NCBI GenBank assembly: GCA_963704705.1
Contig: OY969931.1
Span: 990,001 to 1,022,000, forward strand
Direction of reading: 5' to 3'
DNA from: an uncultured bacterium
Lineage (GTDB): Bacteria > Patescibacteriota > Gracilibacteria > UBA1369 > PNNO01
Length of the DNA stretch: 32,000 bases
The notes beneath the pieces were generated by a model. It searched no databases. It was not told the origin of the DNA and was given only the letters and a program-made list of their open reading frames with translations. The position numbers and the translations under genes are program-made. This document shows, in pieces, positions 25,245 to 32,000 of the stretch (positions are counted from its first letter, which is position 1; the number at the start of each line of letters is the position of its first letter).

Positions 25245-26309
25245 ATGGACTTAAAACTATCAAAAATATTCAGAACAGCAGTGCAATATAATGCCTCTGA
25301 TATCTATATAACAACCGGTTCAAAGCCGATACTTAGAATCAACGGTGATTTGGTAAGAATTCAGGAACATGAGCCGTTTTCAAAGAAAATGGCAGAAGAA
25401 TTTTTACTGGAAATAATGTCAGAAGAACAAAAAAGACATTTTGCAAAGAAACTTGATCTGGATTTTTCAATTGATATCGAATCTATCGGAAGATTCAGGG
25501 TTAATATGTTTGTTCAAAGAAAAGGTATAGGAGCTATTTTCAGGGTAATCCCGAACAAAATCTTTACAATGGATGAACTTAATCTACCTGAACAGCTTAA
25601 AAACATACCTAAATTCAAAAACGGGCTAGTTATAGTTACAGGTCCTACAAGTTCAGGTAAATCAACTACACTTTCAGCTATTGTTAATGAAATTAATGTT
25701 AAAGATGCAAAGCATATTATTACAATTGAAGATCCTATTGAGTTCATTCATGAATCTCAAAGCTCTGTTATTGATCAAAGAGAGGTTGGAACGCATACAT
25801 TAAGCTTTCAGCGCGCTTTAAAATCTTCTTTGCGTGAAGATCCGGATGTAATTTTAATCGGTGAAATGCGTGATCTTGAAACAATTTCGCTTGCTATTAC
25901 CGCTGCTGAAACAGGGCATCTTGTTCTTGCAACCCTGCATACGAGCGGTGCAGCAAAATCTATTGATCGTATTATTGATGCTTTCCCTAGTGAACAGCAA
26001 AATCAAATTAGAACGCAATTAGCAGAAGCTTTAAAAGCTGTGATTTGGCAAAATCTATTAAAAACAAAAGATAGAAAAGGCCGAATAGGAGCTTTTGAAA
26101 TATTATTTGGAAATCACGCGATTGCAAATATGATAAGAAAAGGAAACACACATCAAATTGATTCGGTACTTGAAACAAGCACTCATGAAGGCATGCAGAC
26201 AATGAAAAAATCATTGGAAGATTTGATGCAGGCAGACCTTGTTGATGAAGAAGAAGCACTTGCTTTTATGCCTAAAGAATTAGATGAAACAGAAGGAAAA
26301 ACCAACTAA
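25245..26309 (+). CDS. pilT: PilT-like type IV pilus retraction ATPase
   Basis: Walker A VTGPTSSGKSTTLSAIV, ITIEDPIEFIH, QREVGTHTLSFQRALKSSLREDPDVILIGEMRDLETISLAITAAETGHLVLATLHTSGA, MIRKGNTHQIDSVLETS. Confidence 0.93.
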   Translation: MDLKLSKIFRTAVQYNASDIYITTGSKPILRINGDLVRIQEHEPFSKKMAEEFLLEIMSEEQKRHFAKKLDLDFSIDIESIGRFRVNMFVQRKGIGAIFRVIPNKIFTMDELNLPEQLKNIPKFKNGLVIVTGPTSSGKSTTLSAIVNEINVKDAKHIITIEDPIEFIHESQSSVIDQREVGTHTLSFQRALKSSLREDPDVILIGEMRDLETISLAITAAETGHLVLATLHTSGAAKSIDRIIDAFPSEQQNQIRTQLAEALKAVIWQNLLKTKDRKGRIGAFEILFGNHAIANMIRKGNTHQIDSVLETSTHEGMQTMKKSLEDLMQADLVDEEEALAFMPKELDETEGKTN

Positions 26310-26314
26310 CATAA

Positions 26315-27112
26315 ATGGAAATGATTGGAAATAAAAACAAAAATAAAAGTTGGATGATTAAAATATTGGCTCTGGCGATTATCGTTTTTTTTAATGGGAC
26401 GGTTTTTGGAGGGGTTGCGATGGCCAATCCTACGACTTGTAAAAACACATATGATGGAGCAGTTAAACAATGTGAAAAAGATGCAAATAATCAAGCAATT
26501 GAAAAATGTGGTGCATACGAACCAGGGACACCAACCAGGCAAGCATGTGAAGAAGATAATAGGATAGAAAAAACAAAAACAACTTGCCTCGAAACTGCAA
26601 AATCAACTTATAATGATTGTCTTACTGCAAGCGCAAATTGCGGAAATGGAATACCAGAACCAGGCGAAGAATGTGATGATGGAGAAGGTAAGGGTGATGA
26701 CGTAGATAAATATTTAGATGCAACAAAACCTGATAAAGAAAAACAATTGGATTCTTGTTTTGAATGCAAATATGTTGATGTTCCTTATGAATTTAATGTA
26801 ACAAAATATTTAAAAATTCCTGAAGGTCAGACTTACCTTGAAAAAAGCACAAATACTGATACTTCGGTAAGTTTAAAAAAAGGAGTTATTTATTTTATTG
26901 TTACAGGAATAGAATTCGCCACAAAAATAATTAGTGCGTTTGCATTATTATTTATAATTGTCGGCGGCATAGTTTTAATGGTTTCAAGTGGTAATTCGTC
27001 TCTTCAGCAAAAAGGTAAAAGGCTGATTTTATATTCGATATTGGGATTAGTTATTGCATTCATGTCATTAATAATCGTTACATCCGTTCAATCAATATTT
27101 TATACAACTTAA
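26315..27112 (+). CDS. Secreted Cys-rich protein with C-terminal two-TM pilin-like (VirB2/T4SS-pilin-like) domain, array member 1
   Basis: Signal peptide; 10 Cys in the ectodomain, including NCGNGIPEPGEECDDGEG...DSCFEC; C-terminal FATKIISAFALLFIIVGGIVLMVSSGNSSLQQKGKRLILYSILGLVIAFMSLIIVTSVQSI. Confidence 0.7.
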   Translation: MEMIGNKNKNKSWMIKILALAIIVFFNGTVFGGVAMANPTTCKNTYDGAVKQCEKDANNQAIEKCGAYEPGTPTRQACEEDNRIEKTKTTCLETAKSTYNDCLTASANCGNGIPEPGEECDDGEGKGDDVDKYLDATKPDKEKQLDSCFECKYVDVPYEFNVTKYLKIPEGQTYLEKSTNTDTSVSLKKGVIYFIVTGIEFATKIISAFALLFIIVGGIVLMVSSGNSSLQQKGKRLILYSILGLVIAFMSLIIVTSVQSIFYTT

Positions 27113-27664
27113 ATGAAAAAATTACTGGCACTTACAATTTGTTTAATGATTTCAATTCCCCTTTTAAGTGGAGTTGCATTAGCCGCAGATCCAAAATTAA
27201 CACCAGAAACTGTTTGTCCGACTCTAAATACCGGACAGGATACTTCAGGAATCTTTGTGATTTTAGAAGAACCTTTGGGAGGGCCGGATGCTATTTATTG
27301 TTTTAGGGTATGTTCAAGAATAGTAAAAGAAAAAAATAATTGTAAAATAAAAGCAACATGTGACAAAACAGATAAAGATTTAGGACCTAATCCAACTTGT
27401 CAAAGAATACAAGTTATTAAAGCAACATCAGGTGTAAATTTGCTTAATCAATATGTTGGATTGATCTATTTGTGGTCTGCAGGAACAATAGGAATAATAG
27501 CAGTATTAACGATTGTAATAAGCGGAATACAAATAATGACTGCGGGTGGTTCAGGTAATATTGATACAGCTAAAAGCAGAATAGTTCAGGCAATATTCGG
27601 TTTAGTCGTATTGTTTTTGTCAGGCTTGATTCTTTATACAATTAACCCAACTTTCTTTGTTTAA
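27113..27664 (+). CDS. Small secreted protein with two C-terminal TM segments (pilin-like), array member 2
   Basis: Signal peptide ...LLSGVALAADP; LNQYVGLIYLWSAGTIGIIAVLTIVISGIQIMTAGGSGNIDTAKSRIVQAIFGLVVLFLSGLIL. Confidence 0.7.
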   Translation: MKKLLALTICLMISIPLLSGVALAADPKLTPETVCPTLNTGQDTSGIFVILEEPLGGPDAIYCFRVCSRIVKEKNNCKIKATCDKTDKDLGPNPTCQRIQVIKATSGVNLLNQYVGLIYLWSAGTIGIIAVLTIVISGIQIMTAGGSGNIDTAKSRIVQAIFGLVVLFLSGLILYTINPTFFV

Positions 27665-28460
27665 AAGTTTAAAACAATTAGGTGCGATTTTAATTTTAAG
27701 TTTAATACTTATTAGTTCAATTAATACAGTTTTTGCAGCTACTTCAACAACTTATGAAGAATGTATTCAGGCATTTAAATCTGATAATAATAATTATGCT
27801 GCTTGTGATGCTATGCAAAAAGATGCAGAAAAGTGTTTTACAGACGCCGAAGCAAGCTTTAAAGAAATCTGCAATAATAATGCTACATGTATTCAAAATC
27901 TTAAAAATGATCCTCAAAGTTTAGCATTATGTTTGCAAAAAGATGATGACGCTAAAAAATGTATAACTAAAGCGGATCAATCTTTTGAAGAAATTTGCCG
28001 CGCACAGTTCCCATCGAATACAACTTCAACCACAGGTTCTTCATCTTGCGGAAACGGAATTTTTGAAGAAGGTGAAGGATGCGATGATGGAAATTTAATG
28101 AGTGGAGACGGATGTGATTCAAAATGCATGACTGAAGAGACAGTTCCACCGGCAATACCTAATATCAAAACTCTTCCTGGCCCTAACGCGCCAACCGTAG
28201 GTAATGTAAGCCCTTATTTAATGTCTACTTTCTTGCCGCGAATAGCCAAAACTGTTATATCTTTTGCCATTGGTGCCGCTGTTTTAGGATTAATTATAAG
28301 TTCGATCGGGTTATTAACAGCCTATGGTAATGAAGAAAAATATGGTAACGCAAAAAAAGGATTATTATTTTCTATGATTGGACTTGTTATAAGTTTATTG
28401 GCATTTGCAATTGTACAATTGATATTCTTTACAGGATTTCAAATCGGTAATATTACATAA
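27657..28460 (+). CDS. Secreted Cys-rich protein with myxococcus-type disulfide (DUF4215-like) repeat and two C-terminal TMs, array member 3
   Basis: TTG start in the 8-nt overlap. Duplicated KDAEKCFTDAEASFKEIC / DDAKKCITKADQSFEEIC; CGNGIFEEGEGCDDGNLMSGDGCDSKC; C-terminal ISFAIGAAVLGLIISSIGLLTAYGNEEKYGNAKKGLLFSMIGLVISLLAFAIVQLI. Confidence 0.7.
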   Translation: MFKSLKQLGAILILSLILISSINTVFAATSTTYEECIQAFKSDNNNYAACDAMQKDAEKCFTDAEASFKEICNNNATCIQNLKNDPQSLALCLQKDDDAKKCITKADQSFEEICRAQFPSNTTSTTGSSSCGNGIFEEGEGCDDGNLMSGDGCDSKCMTEETVPPAIPNIKTLPGPNAPTVGNVSPYLMSTFLPRIAKTVISFAIGAAVLGLIISSIGLLTAYGNEEKYGNAKKGLLFSMIGLVISLLAFAIVQLIFFTGFQIGNIT

Positions 28461-28894
28461 TGAAAACAAAAAAATACTTAAAAACAGGAATTTCAATTGT
28501 GGTTTTAATATCCGCTCTGTTAATAAATGCTGTTTTTGTTCAGGCTGCGACAATACCTGAAAAAAAACCTAAAATTGAAGATCTTTTATATAAATATGAA
28601 TCAAGTTTTACTGCTAATCCTACAACGACTGATTACATTGCTTCGCTTCCTGAAGATACTTCTCCGGGTCAATTACTTTCACAATTGGTATTTTACTTAT
28701 TAATCGTATGCAACATACTCGCGTTTATTTCATTTTTAGCGGCTGGAGTTATGATGGTTATTTCACAAGGTAATGATGAAGAAATAACAAAAGCAAAACG
28801 AATATTTACTTATACATTAATTGCATTGGTTGTTTGCGCAACCGCACTCGCGCTGGTGACAGGTATAACAAAATTAAGATTTTTTAATCCGTAA
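28460..28894 (+). CDS. Small secreted protein with two C-terminal TM segments (pilin-like), array member 4
   Basis: ATG overlaps the upstream TAA by 1 nt. LVFYLLIVCNILAFISFLAAGVMMVISQGNDEEITKAKRIFTYTLIALVVCATALALVTGI. Confidence 0.7.
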   Translation: MKTKKYLKTGISIVVLISALLINAVFVQAATIPEKKPKIEDLLYKYESSFTANPTTTDYIASLPEDTSPGQLLSQLVFYLLIVCNILAFISFLAAGVMMVISQGNDEEITKAKRIFTYTLIALVVCATALALVTGITKLRFFNP

Positions 28895-28895
28895 A

Positions 28896-29432
28896 ATGAT
28901 AAAAAAATTACTGACAACAGGGCTTTTAACACTAATAATTATACTGACAATACCAGCTACATTTGCTCAGCGTGCAATTGACCCTTCACTTAAACCTGAA
29001 AATGCACCTGGTGTACCTTTAACCGGGCCAGGAGTAGTTGATTGTTTGAATGAATATAAACAAACACAATTAGCTGAAACAATAAAAAAAGAAATTGAAG
29101 GAAAATCTGCTGATGAACAGAAAACTATTCTGGAAAATCACAAAACAGAAATAGCAAAATACTGGGATGTTAATTCTTCTATGTGCAAAGGTCATGAAGA
29201 AGAACCAATTACCGCATTCATTCAAATAATTGCAGGTGCATTGCTAATGCTTACAGGTGGTATAGCGGTAATAGTCATAGCTGTTGGTGGCGTAATGTAT
29301 GTTGTTTCAGGCGGAAATCAGCAACAAATGGAATTCGCTAAAAACACCTTAAAATACGGCTTTATTGGTATGGCAGTAATAATATTTTCATATTATATAG
29401 TTCAGACTGTTCTTACTCTTATTATTGGGTAG
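28896..29432 (+). CDS. Small secreted protein with two C-terminal TM segments (pilin-like), array member 5
   Basis: Signal peptide ...LTIPATFAQ; IIAGALLMLTGGIAVIVIAVGGVMYVVSGGNQQQMEFAKNTLKYGFIGMAVIIFSYYIVQTVLTLI. Confidence 0.7.
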   Translation: MIKKLLTTGLLTLIIILTIPATFAQRAIDPSLKPENAPGVPLTGPGVVDCLNEYKQTQLAETIKKEIEGKSADEQKTILENHKTEIAKYWDVNSSMCKGHEEEPITAFIQIIAGALLMLTGGIAVIVIAVGGVMYVVSGGNQQQMEFAKNTLKYGFIGMAVIIFSYYIVQTVLTLIIG

Positions 29433-30942
29433 GTTCGAGGCGAGGGAATAATTGATCACATTCTTTTATTTTTTCTCCTGATTTTAAAGTCCCCCATTCT
29501 TCAACCAATTTAAAATTTTCTTCTAATGGTTTTTTGCCAAATGATTTAAGAATCTTTTCAGATGTTTCCGGAATAAAAGGATAAAGCGCGTAAGCTATGT
29601 GCCTTAATACCTCCAATAAATGATATAAAACATCTCCTAAAGCTTTTTCGTCTTCTTTTGCGAGTACCCATGGTTTTTTATCTTCAATATATTTATTTGC
29701 ATCATCAATTCGTGCTAAAACTTCTTCCACTGCTTTTTTTAGATCAAATTTATTAATTAATTCATGATAGTTTTCCCACATTAGTTCAACTTTTTTAATA
29801 AATCCTTCATCCGGAGTTGAGACTTCAGGAACTTTTCCGTCGAAATATCTTTCAGTCATTTTTGTTACTCTGTTCATTAAATTACCCAGGTTGTTTGCAA
29901 GTTCACTATTATAAAGTTCTTCAAATCTTTCATAAGTAAAATCACCGTCTTCAGTTGTTGGAATCTCACGTAAAAGGAAATAACGCAAAGGGTCGGTTCC
30001 GTATTTTTCAACAACATCAAAAGGTGAAATAACATTGTTTAAAGATTTGCTCATTTTGTGTCCCCCGCTTGAAATAAATCCGTGAATCGGAATAGATTTT
30101 GGAGTCTGAAGACCTGCAGAAAGCAAAATTCCAATCCAAATCCCCGCATGAAATCTAATAATGTCTTTTCCAATTACATGAGCATCACAAGGCCAGTATT
30201 TTTCGAATAATTCTCCGTCGTTTTCATAATCCAAAGCAGTAATATAGTTTGATAAAGCATCGCACCATACATACATTGTATGATCGGGATCATTAGGTAC
30301 TTCGATGCCCCAGCTTAATTTATCTTTTGGACGTGAAAAGCTGACATCCCGGAGTCCTTCTTTTGCAACATTCAAAAATTCACGTTTTCGATAGTTCGGC
30401 TCAATTTTTATCTCATCTTTTTCAATTAATTCCGCAATTTTATCTGAATATTTTGAAAGTCTAAAGTAATAATTTTCTTCACTAAATTTTTCCACTTCTT
30501 TTTTATGGATTGGACACTTTCCGTCTTCCAAATCTTTCTCTGTCACATAAGCTTCGCATCCTTTGCAGTAAAATCCTTCATATTTATCTTTATATATATC
30601 CCCTGCTTCAAAAAGTTTCATCCATAATTTTTGTGCGCCGCGCTTGTGCCTGTCAGATGTTGTACGGATAAAATCATCATAAGATAAATTCAATAATTTT
30701 TTTAATTTCTTATTTTGATTCGCAATATCATCAACATGCTCCTGCGGAGTAATACCAAGCTCTTTGGCAGTATCGTGAATCTTCATTCCATGCTCATCAG
30801 TGCCTGTTAAAAAATAAACATCTTCGCCAAGCAACCGATGATAGCGCGCCAAACAATCAGCTTCAATTGCCTCCATTGCGAAACCAATGTGCGGAGCAGC
30901 GTTTGCATAAGGAATACTCGTTGTCACATAAAATTTACTCAT
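29422..30942 (-). CDS. metG: Methionyl-tRNA synthetase
   Basis: MSKFYVTTSIPYANAAPHIGFAMEAIEADCLARYHRLLGEDVYFLTGTDEHGMKI, GFISSGGHKMSKSLNN (KMSKS), and CKGCEAYVTEKDLEDGKCPIH zinc region. Confidence 0.96.
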   Translation of the reverse strand: MSKFYVTTSIPYANAAPHIGFAMEAIEADCLARYHRLLGEDVYFLTGTDEHGMKIHDTAKELGITPQEHVDDIANQNKKLKKLLNLSYDDFIRTTSDRHKRGAQKLWMKLFEAGDIYKDKYEGFYCKGCEAYVTEKDLEDGKCPIHKKEVEKFSEENYYFRLSKYSDKIAELIEKDEIKIEPNYRKREFLNVAKEGLRDVSFSRPKDKLSWGIEVPNDPDHTMYVWCDALSNYITALDYENDGELFEKYWPCDAHVIGKDIIRFHAGIWIGILLSAGLQTPKSIPIHGFISSGGHKMSKSLNNVISPFDVVEKYGTDPLRYFLLREIPTTEDGDFTYERFEELYNSELANNLGNLMNRVTKMTERYFDGKVPEVSTPDEGFIKKVELMWENYHELINKFDLKKAVEEVLARIDDANKYIEDKKPWVLAKEDEKALGDVLYHLLEVLRHIAYALYPFIPETSEKILKSFGKKPLEENFKLVEEWGTLKSGEKIKECDQLFPRLEPTQ

Positions 30943-30957
30943 GACTCTATTTAACCC

Positions 30958-32000
30958 TTATTCAGAAGGTTTTTCAAGGTAACCTTCAGGGTTCTGTTTA
31001 TCGCCTTCTCCCCCAACCTGAGTTCTATAGAGTGAAAAATTGAATACCGGCATGAAAGTATTAGGCTTTATAAAGGCCTCAATTTGTTTTCGTAATTTCT
31101 GGAAAGTGCCTGTTGAATCAATTTTTGCATAATCTCTGATTGTATATTCACCATCATCAGGAATTAATATTCTGTAATAAATTCGTGCTCTTTTTCTTTT
31201 TTCAAAATCAGAACCACCCTGTAAAAGTTCAGGATTAAATATATTTGAAAGACTTAAATAATTAGAATCATGACAATCCAAAAACTCTTTAATTGTCACT
31301 GGATTTGAAGTGTCTTCAGTATATTTTACTGTTCGTGCCTCGCCATTTGAATCTAGCTGATATACAAAAGCTTCACGTGCCCACTGCCACAAATACGCGC
31401 AATTTTCATTATATTGAATCCCGTTTCGATCATCAGTAAAGCCGGCTGAAGTTGTTCCGAAACAAGAAGGCCAGTCCTCATTTGAACCAATCCATACCGG
31501 AAGATAATCTCCGATAAATTCAGTGGTAAGTTTATCAGGATTAGGGTCAAAATATTTACTGCAAACCGAACCAACCTGTGCCCCGCTGTTAATACCTGTA
31601 ATTTTCCATCTAAGCATATCAAGAACACCTTTTTGTAATGCTTCATTCAATTCAGGAACAGCATCAATAAAAAACTCAACTCTAAAATCACTCACATTTT
31701 TTACAGAAACATCTTCATTTTGAACAAATAATGGAACTGTTAATGTATCATTCAAATCAAGATATCCATAAAGGTAAGTTTTTGGATCATCCTGAGCAAG
31801 TTCTTTGTTAATTATTTCTGTGTCAACAAAAGGCATGGACTTGGCTTTATTGCCGATTGAATATTCAAAACTCAAATCTTCACCAATATTATAAGAATCA
31901 CCATTCACAATAAGTTCTCCTTTTATCATTTTATCTTCTTTTTCAAATCCAGGTAATTTTTGATGCAAATCCAAAAGCGCACTTTCAATACCTGACTCAG
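30958..32000 (-). CDS. Hypothetical protein, partial (continues off the window edge)
   Basis: The reading frame is open through 32000 (...ESGIESALLDLHQKLPGFEKEDKMIKGELIVNGDSY...). The track start at 31974 is an internal TTG and probably not the true start. No recognised family. Confidence 0.6.
   Translation of the reverse strand, partial: ESGIESALLDLHQKLPGFEKEDKMIKGELIVNGDSYNIGEDLSFEYSIGNKAKSMPFVDTEIINKELAQDDPKTYLYGYLDLNDTLTVPLFVQNEDVSVKNVSDFRVEFFIDAVPELNEALQKGVLDMLRWKITGINSGAQVGSVCSKYFDPNPDKLTTEFIGDYLPVWIGSNEDWPSCFGTTSAGFTDDRNGIQYNENCAYLWQWAREAFVYQLDSNGEARTVKYTEDTSNPVTIKEFLDCHDSNYLSLSNIFNPELLQGGSDFEKRKRARIYYRILIPDDGEYTIRDYAKIDSTGTFQKLRKQIEAFIKPNTFMPVFNFSLYRTQVGGEGDKQNPEGYLEKPSE

Noticed and set aside
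1-32000. CRISPR arrays, tRNA/rRNA genes, transposases or prophage genes
   Set aside because: No regularly spaced direct repeats, recognisable RNA genes or mobile-element proteins were seen by eye; tRNAscan/Infernal would be needed to exclude small ncRNAs.

Overview
AT-rich, gene-dense bacterial window. Gene content suggests a Patescibacteria/CPR-like genome (Peregrinibacteria-like is my inference). TGA behaves as a stop, which argues against the recoded Gracilibacteria/Absconditabacteria. I found no tRNA, rRNA, CRISPR array or transposase.

Likely contents in order: a partial TRM11-like RNA methylase; ilvN, ssb and ilvC; rhodanese lipoprotein and TspO; an Fn3-like membrane protein; an MFS transporter; a dNMP-kinase-like/dCMP-deaminase fusion; a minus-strand operon of histidine phosphatase, Endonuclease Q-like nuclease and UvrD/PcrA-like helicase; a GAF-like plus class III adenylate cyclase gene broken by several frameshifts; a frameshifted DUF1622-like gene; an SLH surface protein; two paralogous repeat-rich surface proteins and an anchored partner; a PfkB kinase; a YhhQ-type transporter; rpmB; an ftsQ / small basic protein cluster; a dus gene; and pilT followed by five tightly coupled small secreted proteins, each with a C-terminal two-TM region (VirB2/T4SS-pilin-like). 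Two of the five carry Cys-rich CGNG..E.GE.CDDG modules. metG and a partial hypothetical protein end the window.

The strongest leads are: (1) the pilT plus five-member decorated pilin-like array; (2) the EndoQ-UvrD overlapping pair, each ending in a clamp-binding-like motif (QMQLF, QVSLW); (3) the kinase-deaminase fusion next to it; (4) the multiply frameshifted cyclase whose catalytic residues are intact; and (5) the paralogous repeat surface proteins.
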